From positions 2,820-66,819 of the forward strand of contig JAUNGR010000002.1 of NCBI GenBank assembly GCA_030524485.1: a stretch of DNA of 64,000 bases. Direction: 5' to 3'. The stretch's first letter is position 1. Every line of letters begins with the position of its first letter. The stretch is from a bacterium. GTDB lineage: Bacteria; Bacillota; Clostridia; Lachnospirales; Lachnospiraceae. The position numbers were made by a program, and so were the translations under genes. Below, piece by piece: positions 1 to 7,970 of the stretch. The notes beneath the pieces were generated by a model, which saw only the letters and a list, made by a program, of their open reading frames with translations, was not told the DNA's origin and did no database searches.

Positions 1-531
1 GAGATTTTCTACACACCGGTGGGCAAGATGAATTATTATGTGACGGATTCCCGCAGGGATGCGATTTTGGACAGTGCTTTTTCCTATGTTGCGGATGGAG
101 CTTATGCACAGGCAGCTCTTTTTGCGGTGCAGAGTACCGAAAAATATGTGCGTTCTGGTGCGGATACTTCCGTATATTCGGGTTTAGATGCGAGCTATGT
201 GGGGAAAAGACTGACGGGAACGGAAATTGGAATCGCTGTGTTGGCAGCAGCGGGGATAGCCTTTTTGCCCTGTCTGGGAATTGTGGGAAGCTACACAAAG
301 AAGAGAAACAAGCAGTCTACGGCGGGCTTTCGCAACAGTTATCGGAGCCAGAGTGCCTTTTTGCTCTCGGACCAGAGGGATGTTTACCAAGGCAAGAATG
401 TGACAACGATTCGTATTCCGAAAGCTCCGCCGCCATCTTCTTCTGGTCATGGTCACAGCGGAGGGTATAGTGGGAGCAACGTACATTCCAGCTCTGGAAG
501 AACGTTTAATGGAGGTAGCCGCAAGTTCTAA
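1..531 (+). CDS. Hypothetical membrane protein, probably 5'-truncated by the window edge. One TM segment and a Gly/Ser/His-rich tail; possibly TPM/YgcG-like.
   Basis: Frame 1 is open from nt 1 (EIFYTPVGKMNYY...). Has a TM stretch IGIAVLAAAGIAFLPCLGIVG and a low-complexity tail SSGHGHSGGYSGS. The family assignment is only a recollection. Confidence 0.4.
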   Translation, partial: EIFYTPVGKMNYYVTDSRRDAILDSAFSYVADGAYAQAALFAVQSTEKYVRSGADTSVYSGLDASYVGKRLTGTEIGIAVLAAAGIAFLPCLGIVGSYTKKRNKQSTAGFRNSYRSQSAFLLSDQRDVYQGKNVTTIRIPKAPPPSSSGHGHSGGYSGSNVHSSSGRTFNGGSRKF

Positions 532-569
532 AACAACTTTTGTTCCCTGATGCGAGTCACCATATACCA

Positions 570-2420
570 CTAAAGTAAGAGGAAATGGAGAAATCGAAAG
601 CCAAGATGGATGAGTATGCAGAGACTGCAGCCGATGAAGGTGGGCAGGAAGAAGGCAAACAGAGTCCATTTGAGGCTTTTGGTTTCTTTTTTTATGCTCA
701 GGCAGGTGGTGGAGCAGGGCCAATGAAAGAGGGAGAAGACCGTCATGCAGAGAATCGTCTCTGTGGTCCAGCCGTTTGCCTGAAAGATAGAGAAGATTTG
801 CTCGGTGGAGGATAGTTCTGCGAGCTGTCCATTTTGCAGATAGAGCATCAGAACGATGGGAAGCACAATCTCGTTTGCTGGAAAGCCGAGGAGAAAAGCG
901 GTAAGGATACAGCCATCCAGCCCCATGAGTTGACCGAGGGGCTGAAGTGTGTCTGTGACAAAGGAGAGCAGGCTTCGGTCGGAAATGTGGAGGTTAGCAG
1001 CAAGCCAGAGGATGAGTCCAGCTGGAGCAGCGACAACAGCGGCTCTTCCAAGGACGAAGAGGGTGCGGTCGAGAAGCGAGCGGATGAGGATTTGGGAGAA
1101 TTGGGGTCTCCGATAGGGGGGAAGTTCCAGCGTGAAGGAGGAAGGTAAGCCCTTTAAAATGGTTTTGGAGAGGATAAGGGAGCTTAGGAGAGTCATAGCG
1201 ACTCCAAGCAGAACGAGTAGGCTTAGGCATAGGGCACTCTGAAAGGAAGCCATCAGAGGATGGCGAAGGGAGAGGGAGGGATTGCCCATAAAAAACAGGG
1301 AAATCAACAGTAAGAGTGTGGGGAAGCGTCCATTGCAGGGAACCAGAGCGTTGGTCAGGATAGCGATGAGACGCTCTCGGGGGGAGTCGATGATGCGGCA
1401 GCCTGTCACACCGACAGCATTGCAGCCGAAGCCCATTGCCATGGTGAGGCATTGTTTGCCGCAGGCATGGCATTTTTTGAAGGTGGAATCGAGGTGAAAC
1501 GCGATGCGGGGCAGAAAACCAAAGTCTTCCAAAAGGGTGAAGAGGGGGAAGAAGATGGCCATGGGAGGGAACATGACCGAAACCACCCAAGAGAGCACTC
1601 GGTACATGCCGAAAATCAACATATCTTTGAGCCAAAGTGGAGCGTGCAGCAGCTCTAAGAAGGCATATAGGGGGCTTTCCAAGCCATGCAGCAGCTTCCA
1701 GAGCAAGGCGGAGGGGTAGTTGGCTCCGGAGATGGTAATCCAAAAGACGAGAAGAAGCAGTAGGAATAGAAAAAGACTGCCGGACAGAGGGGCGGTCAGG
1801 AGGCGGTCTAGCTTTTCTTCCCGCTTGCGATAGTGAGGATTGTGGTACTGAATGCATTGTTGGGCGAGAAGGTCTGGCTCCCAATCCGTGGGAGGAGAGG
1901 CAGGAAAGGCGTGTTCGTGCAGACAGCGAGCGAGACTTTGTTTGAGTTGAGTGGTGCTGCGTTTGCTGTGTGCTTCGGTGCCGAGGATGGGGAGTTGAAG
2001 CCGTTGCTGCAGTAGAGAAAAGTCTATGGAAATCCCCTTTTTCTTGGCTTCGTCGCAGAGATTGATGCAGAGAAAGAGGGGAAGTTCTTGGGAGAGAGTT
2101 TGAAGCTGCTTGAGAAAATACAGGCCTCGCACCAGACAGGTGGCATCGCAGACCAGAACAAGGCAGTCGGCATGGCCGGACAGGATAAAGTCTCTTGCCA
2201 GAGTTTCTTCTTCACTGCGGGCATCCAGAGAGTAGGTTCCAGGGAGGTCAACAAGGGTATAAACTTGGTTTTTGTAGGTAAAGTTTCCGAAGGTGCAGGC
2301 AACGGTCACGCCAGCCCAGTTACCTGTGTGCTGTTTTAATCCAGTCAAATGGTTAAAGAGAGTACTTTTTCCGACATTGGGATTTCCAGCCAGTGCGATG
2401 ATGGGATTGCTTTGAGACAT
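570..2420 (-). CDS. feoB: Ferrous iron transporter FeoB
   Basis: N-terminal G-domain P-loop IALAGNPNVGKSTLFN and DLPGTYSL, followed by a polytopic membrane domain. 616 aa. Confidence 0.95.
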   Translation of the reverse strand: MSQSNPIIALAGNPNVGKSTLFNHLTGLKQHTGNWAGVTVACTFGNFTYKNQVYTLVDLPGTYSLDARSEEETLARDFILSGHADCLVLVCDATCLVRGLYFLKQLQTLSQELPLFLCINLCDEAKKKGISIDFSLLQQRLQLPILGTEAHSKRSTTQLKQSLARCLHEHAFPASPPTDWEPDLLAQQCIQYHNPHYRKREEKLDRLLTAPLSGSLFLFLLLLLVFWITISGANYPSALLWKLLHGLESPLYAFLELLHAPLWLKDMLIFGMYRVLSWVVSVMFPPMAIFFPLFTLLEDFGFLPRIAFHLDSTFKKCHACGKQCLTMAMGFGCNAVGVTGCRIIDSPRERLIAILTNALVPCNGRFPTLLLLISLFFMGNPSLSLRHPLMASFQSALCLSLLVLLGVAMTLLSSLILSKTILKGLPSSFTLELPPYRRPQFSQILIRSLLDRTLFVLGRAAVVAAPAGLILWLAANLHISDRSLLSFVTDTLQPLGQLMGLDGCILTAFLLGFPANEIVLPIVLMLYLQNGQLAELSSTEQIFSIFQANGWTTETILCMTVFSLFHWPCSTTCLSIKKETKSLKWTLFAFFLPTFIGCSLCILIHLGFRFLHFLLL

Positions 2421-2551
2421 AGGACTCCTGACAAAAAGAGAGAATCTTAGAGATAGTTTATGCGAGGAGAGTGAGGAGATATGTATGATTCAAAAAAAGC
2501 ACTTTCAAAAAAGGGAGGGCATATACTGGGATTACGAATAGTTTGCGTGAG

Positions 2552-2582
2552 CACTTTGTGTGGAGCAATCTGGTATCATAGG
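2552..2582 (+). promoter_or_regulatory. Leader motif copy 1 (CACTTTGTGTGGAGCAATCTGGTATCATAGG), 22 nt upstream of the feoA ATG
   Basis: Same-orientation copies lie upstream of two other genes, at 33392-33423 (-) and 41480-41510 (+). Confidence 0.5.
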
Positions 2583-2604
2583 AGTCAAAAAGGAAAAAAG
2601 GGGA

Positions 2605-2841
2605 ATGATTATGGTAGTACCTATCCATCAGATAGAAATTGGACAAAAGGCGGAGATTGTGTGGTTGGCACACGAAGAGCCTATGGCGAAGCGTTTGGAG
2701 GATTTGGGCTTTGTGCCGAAGGAGACGTTGCAGTGTGTGCTGAAGGGGAGAAGGGGGGAGATTGCGGCTTATTTGGTGAGAAATGCCGTGATTGCCCTGC
2801 GAAAGGAGGACGCAGGACGGATTTTTGCTAGACTTTTGTGA
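2605..2841 (+). CDS. feoA: FeoA-family protein, transcribed divergently from feoB
   Basis: Small SH3-like FeoA sequence (IHQIEIGQKAEIVWL...RLEDLGFVPKETLQCV). ATG 2605 follows a purine-rich AAGGGGA. The ORF-track start at 2560 is less likely. Confidence 0.85.
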   Translation: MIMVVPIHQIEIGQKAEIVWLAHEEPMAKRLEDLGFVPKETLQCVLKGRRGEIAAYLVRNAVIALRKEDAGRIFARLL

Positions 2842-2969
2842 GGAAAGAGGGAAGTATGCTTGCAAGAGAGAAAAAAATATGTTAAAACAAAGACAGAAAA
2901 TCACGGGAAGCAGCGGGATTTTCACAGAAATCAGCAATGCGAGAGAACAAAGAGAGGATGAAGACGAGT

Positions 2970-4457
2970 ATGAATGTATATTACAAGAGTACAAGAGGCG
3001 GCGAGGAGAAGGTAACGGCTTCCATGGCAATTTTGAAAGGACTTGCTGAGGATGGCGGATTGTTTATGCCAGAGTCTATGCCTAAGCTTGAGATTTCTAT
3101 GGAAGAACTTGCCAAGATGAGCTATCAGGAGACGGCCTATGAGGTGATGAAGCTCTTTTTGACAGACTTTACAGAGGAAGAACTCAAGGACTGTATCAAC
3201 AAAGCCTATGACAGCAAATTTGACACGGAAGAGATTGCCCCTTTAGCGAAAGCAGATGGTGCGTATTATCTAGAGCTGTTTCATGGCAGTACGATTGCAT
3301 TTAAGGACATGGCTCTCTCTATCTTACCGCATTTGATGATTACTTCTGCGAAAAAGAATCAGGTAGAGAAGGAGATTGTGATTTTGACGGCTACCTCCGG
3401 AGACACTGGAAAGGCTGCTATGGCTGGTTTTGCGGATGTAAAGGGAACCAGAATCATTGTATTTTATCCGAAGAATGGGGTCAGCCGTGTGCAGGAGCTG
3501 CAGATGTTGACGCAAAAGGGCGAGAATACCAGCGTTGTAGCGATTGATGGCAACTTTGACGATGCACAGAGCGGTGTGAAGGCTATTTTTAATGACAGGG
3601 AGTTTGCCAAGGAGATGGCGGAGCATGGCTTCCAGTTCTCTTCTGCCAATTCCATCAATATCGGTCGTTTGGTGCCTCAGATTGTGTACTATGTGTATGC
3701 CTATGCCAAATTGCTTGCGTATGAGGAGATTGCAAAGGATGAGCCGATTCAGGTCTGTGTTCCGACTGGAAATTTTGGAAACATTCTTGCCGCTTATTTT
3801 GCAAAGCAGTTGGGTGTGCCGATCACAAAGTTAATCTGTGCTTCCAATGAGAATAAGGTTCTGTATGATTTCTTCCAAACCGGAACGTATGACAGAAATC
3901 GTGAGTTCCTTTTGACCTCCTCTCCTTCCATGGATATTTTGATTTCCAGCAATCTGGAGCGGTTGATTTATTTGAGCTGCGGCAGCGATGCGAAGAAGAA
4001 TGCGGAGTTGATGGCAGAGCTGGCAGGGAAGGGCAGCTATACAATTGATGCAGATATGAGAGCGTTTATGAAGGATTTTGAAGGTGGTTTTGCGACGGAG
4101 AGTGAGGTTTCCGAGGAAATTGCCCGTGTGTATCAGGATACCGGTTATGTGATAGATACCCACACGGCAGTGGCTTCCGCAGTCTGCCGCAGAATTCGTG
4201 CACAGGAGGGGAATACACAAAAGACTGTGATTGCGTCCACTGCCAGCCCCTATAAGTTTGCAAGGAGTGTGGTGGAGTCCATCAAGGGAAAAGAGAACAA
4301 GGCAGACGATTTGGACTACATTGATGAGCTGCACCAGCTGTCTGGAGTGGAGATTCCAAAGGCGGTGGAGGAGATTCGCCATGCCGAGATTCGCCACCAT
4401 CTGCAGTGTCTGGCAGGGGAAATGCCGCAGACCGTGAGAAAGATTCTCGGTTTTTAG
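2970..4457 (+). CDS. thrC: Threonine synthase
   Basis: MNVYYKSTRGG...ILKGLAEDGGLFMP plus the PLP-lysine context STIAFKDMAL. The start could also be 2958 or 2937. Confidence 0.92.
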   Translation: MNVYYKSTRGGEEKVTASMAILKGLAEDGGLFMPESMPKLEISMEELAKMSYQETAYEVMKLFLTDFTEEELKDCINKAYDSKFDTEEIAPLAKADGAYYLELFHGSTIAFKDMALSILPHLMITSAKKNQVEKEIVILTATSGDTGKAAMAGFADVKGTRIIVFYPKNGVSRVQELQMLTQKGENTSVVAIDGNFDDAQSGVKAIFNDREFAKEMAEHGFQFSSANSINIGRLVPQIVYYVYAYAKLLAYEEIAKDEPIQVCVPTGNFGNILAAYFAKQLGVPITKLICASNENKVLYDFFQTGTYDRNREFLLTSSPSMDILISSNLERLIYLSCGSDAKKNAELMAELAGKGSYTIDADMRAFMKDFEGGFATESEVSEEIARVYQDTGYVIDTHTAVASAVCRRIRAQEGNTQKTVIASTASPYKFARSVVESIKGKENKADDLDYIDELHQLSGVEIPKAVEEIRHAEIRHHLQCLAGEMPQTVRKILGF

Positions 4458-4586
4458 GAAAGTGTCTGTGCTCTTCCCCTTTTCAAAAGAGGAAAAGTAG
4501 TATATAATGAAACGAAGAGAGCTGACGAGCAGGCAATTTTTGGGGAAGTCTGTGAGAGTCGCTTGAAAAGATAGGAGGATTAGAAC

Positions 4587-5450
4587 ATGTTAGTTTCCGC
4601 AGAAGAAATGCTGAAAAAAGCAAGAGAAGGAAAGTATGCAGTAGGTCAGTTTAATATCAATAACCTTGAGTGGACGAAGGCAGTGTTGCTGACAGCAGAG
4701 GAGTTACAGTCTCCGGTTATTCTGGGTGTTTCCGAGGGTGCAGGTAAATATATGACTGGATTTAAGACCGTTGCTGCCATGGTAAAGGCAATGATGGAAG
4801 AGTTAAAGATTACCGTTCCGGTGGCTCTGCATCTGGATCACGGAACTTACGAGGGCTGCTATAAGTGTATTGAGGCAGGTTTCTCCTCTATCATGTTTGA
4901 TGGTTCCCACTACCCGATTGCAGAGAACATTGAGAAGACAACCGAGTTGGTAAAGGTTTGTAAGGAGAAGGGACTGTCTCTGGAGGCTGAGGTTGGTTCC
5001 ATCGGCGGTGAGGAAGACGGTGTAGTAGGTTTGGGCGAGTGTGCAGACCCGAACGAGTGTAAGGCCATTGCAGATTTGGGTATTACCATGCTGGCAGCGG
5101 GCATCGGCAACATTCATGGCAAGTATCCGGCAAACTGGCCAGGACTGCGCTTTGATGTGCTGGCTGCTATCAAAGAGAAAGTGGGCGAGATGCCATTGGT
5201 ACTGCATGGCGGTACTGGTATTCCGGATGATATGATCAAAGAGGCAATCTCTCTTGGTGTGGCTAAGATTAACGTAAATACAGAGTGCCAGCTGTCCTTC
5301 GCAGAGGCAACACGTAAGTACATCGAGGCTGGAAAAGACCTGCAGGGCAAGGGCTATGACCCGCGTAAGCTGTTGGCACCGGGAACCGATGCAATCAAGG
5401 CAACCGTGAAAGAAAAGATGGAGTTGTTTGGCTCCGTTGGAAAAGCCTAA
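4587..5450 (+). CDS. fba: Class II fructose-1,6-bisphosphate aldolase
   Basis: GKYAVGQFNINNLEW, LHLDHG, LVLHGGTGIP. RBS is AGGAGGA. Confidence 0.93.
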   Translation: MLVSAEEMLKKAREGKYAVGQFNINNLEWTKAVLLTAEELQSPVILGVSEGAGKYMTGFKTVAAMVKAMMEELKITVPVALHLDHGTYEGCYKCIEAGFSSIMFDGSHYPIAENIEKTTELVKVCKEKGLSLEAEVGSIGGEEDGVVGLGECADPNECKAIADLGITMLAAGIGNIHGKYPANWPGLRFDVLAAIKEKVGEMPLVLHGGTGIPDDMIKEAISLGVAKINVNTECQLSFAEATRKYIEAGKDLQGKGYDPRKLLAPGTDAIKATVKEKMELFGSVGKA

Positions 5451-5657
5451 AGAAGGGCTGCATAGGGCTAAGAGCCTGTTAGATTTGACGAAATCCAAAA
5501 AAACAGGCAAAAGTTCTTGCATTTTACAAAAAAATCATTTATTTTTAGGGGGGCGTTCTTCCGGCATGGAAGCTGCGCTCCCTGTGCTGTTTTAGAGGCA
5601 GTGAGACACGGTGGACGGCTTAAATCAATACCTTACAGAGAAAAAAGGGAGGAAAAG

Positions 5658-7808
5658 ATGAGCGATTTGGTGAATGTTGCGGAAATGTTCGGTCAAAACG
5701 TATTTAACGATGCGGTGATGAGAGAACGACTTCCGAAAAGTGTTTATAAGAAGTTGAAGCAGACGATTGAGGATGGCAAGGAGCTGGACCCTTCCATCGC
5801 TGATGTGGTGGCACATGCGATGAAGGATTGGGCCATTGACCACGGTGCAACCCACTATACCCATTGGTTTCAACCGCTGACCGGAGTGACTGCAGAAAAA
5901 CACGATTCCTTTATTTCTGTGCCGAATGCAGAGGGAAAAGTGAGAATGGACTTCTCAGGCAAGGAGTTGATTAAGGGAGAGCCAGATGCCTCCTCCTTCC
6001 CGTCTGGGGGACTGCGTTCCACCTTTGAGGCGAGAGGCTATACCACTTGGGACTGTACCTCTCCGGCTTTTTTGCGTAAGGATGCCATCGGTGTGACTCT
6101 TTGCATTCCGACTGCTTTCTGTTCCTACACAGGCGAGTCTCTGGACAAGAAGACTCCTCTACTGCGTTCCATGCAGGCGATTGACAAGCAGGCTCTGCGT
6201 ATTCTGCGGCTGTTTGGAAATACCACTTCCAAGCGAGTGATTCCTTCTGTGGGACCGGAGCAGGAGTATTTTTTGGTGGACAAGGAAAAATACTTACAGA
6301 GAAAAGACTTGATTTACGCGGGCCGCACCCTGTTTGGAGCCATGCCGCCAAAGGGACAGGAGATGGATGACCATTATTTTGGTGCCATCCGTGAGCGCAT
6401 TGCCGCTTACATGAAGGAAGTCAATGAGGAACTCTGGAAGCTGGGCGTGACGGCAAAGACGCAGCACAATGAGGCGGCTCCGGCACAGCATGAGCTGGCT
6501 CCCATCTATGCACAGGTGAACGTTGCGGTGGACCACAACCAGATGATTATGGAGACCCTGAAGAAGGTGGCAGGTCATCATGGGCTTACCTGTCTGTTGC
6601 ATGAGAAGCCGTTTAAGGGTGTGAATGGTTCGGGAAAGCACAACAACTGGTCTTTGACCAGCGACGACGGCATCAATATGTTAAATCCAGGGGATACACC
6701 ACACGAGAACATTCAGTTCCTTTTGGTTTTGGCTTGTATTTTGAAGGCTGTGGACGTACATGCAGACCTTTTGAGGGAGTCGGCATCGGATGTTGGAAAC
6801 GATTTGCGTCTGGGAGCGGCTGAGGCACCGCCAGCCATCATTTCTGTCTTTCTGGGTGAGCAGTTGGAGGATGTGGTGAAGCAGCTCTGTGACACGGGTG
6901 AGGCCACCTACTCGAAGAAAGGCGAAAAGATGGATACCAGAGTGCGTGTACTGCCAGACTTTGATAAGGATGTGGCAGACCGTAATCGTACTTCTCCCTT
7001 TGCTTTTACTGGAAATAAGTTTGAGTTCCGTATGGTAGGCTCTTCCGATTCGGTATCTTCCCCGAACATTGTGCTGAATACCATTGTGGCGGAGGCCTTT
7101 AAGGAAGCAGCCGATGAATTGGAGAAGGCAGAAGACTTTGGCATGGCAGTGCATGATATCATCAAAAAGTTGTTTGCCGAGCATAAGCGGATTATTTTTA
7201 GCGGAAATGGTTATTCTGAGGAGTGGGTAGAGGAGGCCGAGAGAAGAGGTCTGCCAAACTACCGCTCTATGGTGGATGCGATTCCGGCTTTGACCACCGA
7301 GAAGGCAGTCAAGCTCTTTGAGAAGTTCAAGGTGTTTGACCGTGCTGAGTTGGAATCCCGTGCTGAGGTGGAGTACGAGGGCTATTCCAAGGCCATCAAC
7401 ATTGAAGCGAGAACGATGATTGATATGGCAGGAAAGCAGATTATTCCGGCGGTGATTCGCTACACGACAGAGCTTGCAGGCTCTCTCGGAGCGGTGAAGC
7501 AGGCTTGCCCGATGGCAGATGTGAGTGTGCAAAGCGAGCTGCTCTGTGAGACTTCTGCTCTGCTGGCACAGATGAAGCAGGCTTTAAAGAAGCTTCAGGA
7601 GGTAACAGAGGAAGCAGCTGCCATGAAGCAGGAGGAGAGGGACAAGGAGGCCGCATATCGGCTGGCACAGGCACAGGCACATCGCTATCACGATGAGGTG
7701 GTTCCAGCCATGGAAGCCCTTCGGGAACCGGCAGATAAGTTGGAAATGCTGGTGGATAAGGAACTTTGGCCCTTCCCAAGCTACGGTGATTTGATTTTTG
7801 AGGTGTAA
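5658..7808 (+). CDS. glnN: Glutamine synthetase type III
   Basis: 716 aa. Motifs [16 protein letters not shown] and [17 protein letters not shown] 5658 follows GGGAGGAAAAG. The upstream part of the ORF (from TTG 5517) is treated as leader. Confidence 0.92.
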   Translation: MSDLVNVAEMFGQNVFNDAVMRERLPKSVYKKLKQTIEDGKELDPSIADVVAHAMKDWAIDHGATHYTHWFQPLTGVTAEKHDSFISVPNAEGKVRMDFSGKELIKGEPDASSFPSGGLRSTFEARGYTTWDCTSPAFLRKDAIGVTLCIPTAFCSYTGESLDKKTPLLRSMQAIDKQALRILRLFGNTTSKRVIPSVGPEQEYFLVDKEKYLQRKDLIYAGRTLFGAMPPKGQEMDDHYFGAIRERIAAYMKEVNEELWKLGVTAKTQHNEAAPAQHELAPIYAQVNVAVDHNQMIMETLKKVAGHHGLTCLLHEKPFKGVNGSGKHNNWSLTSDDGINMLNPGDTPHENIQFLLVLACILKAVDVHADLLRESASDVGNDLRLGAAEAPPAIISVFLGEQLEDVVKQLCDTGEATYSKKGEKMDTRVRVLPDFDKDVADRNRTSPFAFTGNKFEFRMVGSSDSVSSPNIVLNTIVAEAFKEAADELEKAEDFGMAVHDIIKKLFAEHKRIIFSGNGYSEEWVEEAERRGLPNYRSMVDAIPALTTEKAVKLFEKFKVFDRAELESRAEVEYEGYSKAINIEARTMIDMAGKQIIPAVIRYTTELAGSLGAVKQACPMADVSVQSELLCETSALLAQMKQALKKLQEVTEEAAAMKQEERDKEAAYRLAQAQAHRYHDEVVPAMEALREPADKLEMLVDKELWPFPSYGDLIFEV

Positions 7809-7811
7809 ATA

Positions 7812-7891
7812 CTAGCATTAGTGGACAGGGGAATATACGCCTCAAAATTCACCCTGTCCTGACCGTATGTCCCCTTGTTCACTAATGCTAG
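7812..7891 (+). other. 20-bp stem / 40-nt loop hairpin in the glnN 3' UTR
   Basis: CTAGCATTAGTGGACAGGGG (7812-7831) pairs with 7872-7891. The only two imperfections are G-T pairs, which can pair only in a + strand RNA. An alternative 8-bp helix is 7823-7830 with 7852-7859. Confidence 0.6.
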
Positions 7892-7922
7892 CATTCGTGA
7901 ATAGGGGAATGCTAAATTAATA

Positions 7923-7962
7923 AGAAGCTCCTATGACCAAAGAGGTGGTCGTAGGAGCTTCT
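7923..7962. terminator. Hairpin between the convergent glnN and muramidase genes
   Basis: AGAAGCTCCTATGACC / GGTCGTAGGAGCTTCT, 15 of 16 bp. Confidence 0.65.
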
Positions 7963-7970
7963 ATGTTCGT

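Noticed and set aside
2842-2969. T-box or amino-acid riboswitch leaders upstream of thrC, leuB (49044-49160), ilvD and serC (53792-53860).
   Set aside because: No specifier hairpin or T-box sequence (AGAGA...UGGNACCGCG-like) and no terminator/antiterminator pair is visible. The spacers are short or occupied by the repeat units.
5517-5657. N-terminal 47-aa extension of glutamine synthetase starting at TTG 5517.
   Set aside because: No RBS is present and the residues are not GS-like. ATG 5658 has GGGAGG upstream and matches the usual type III GS N-terminus.
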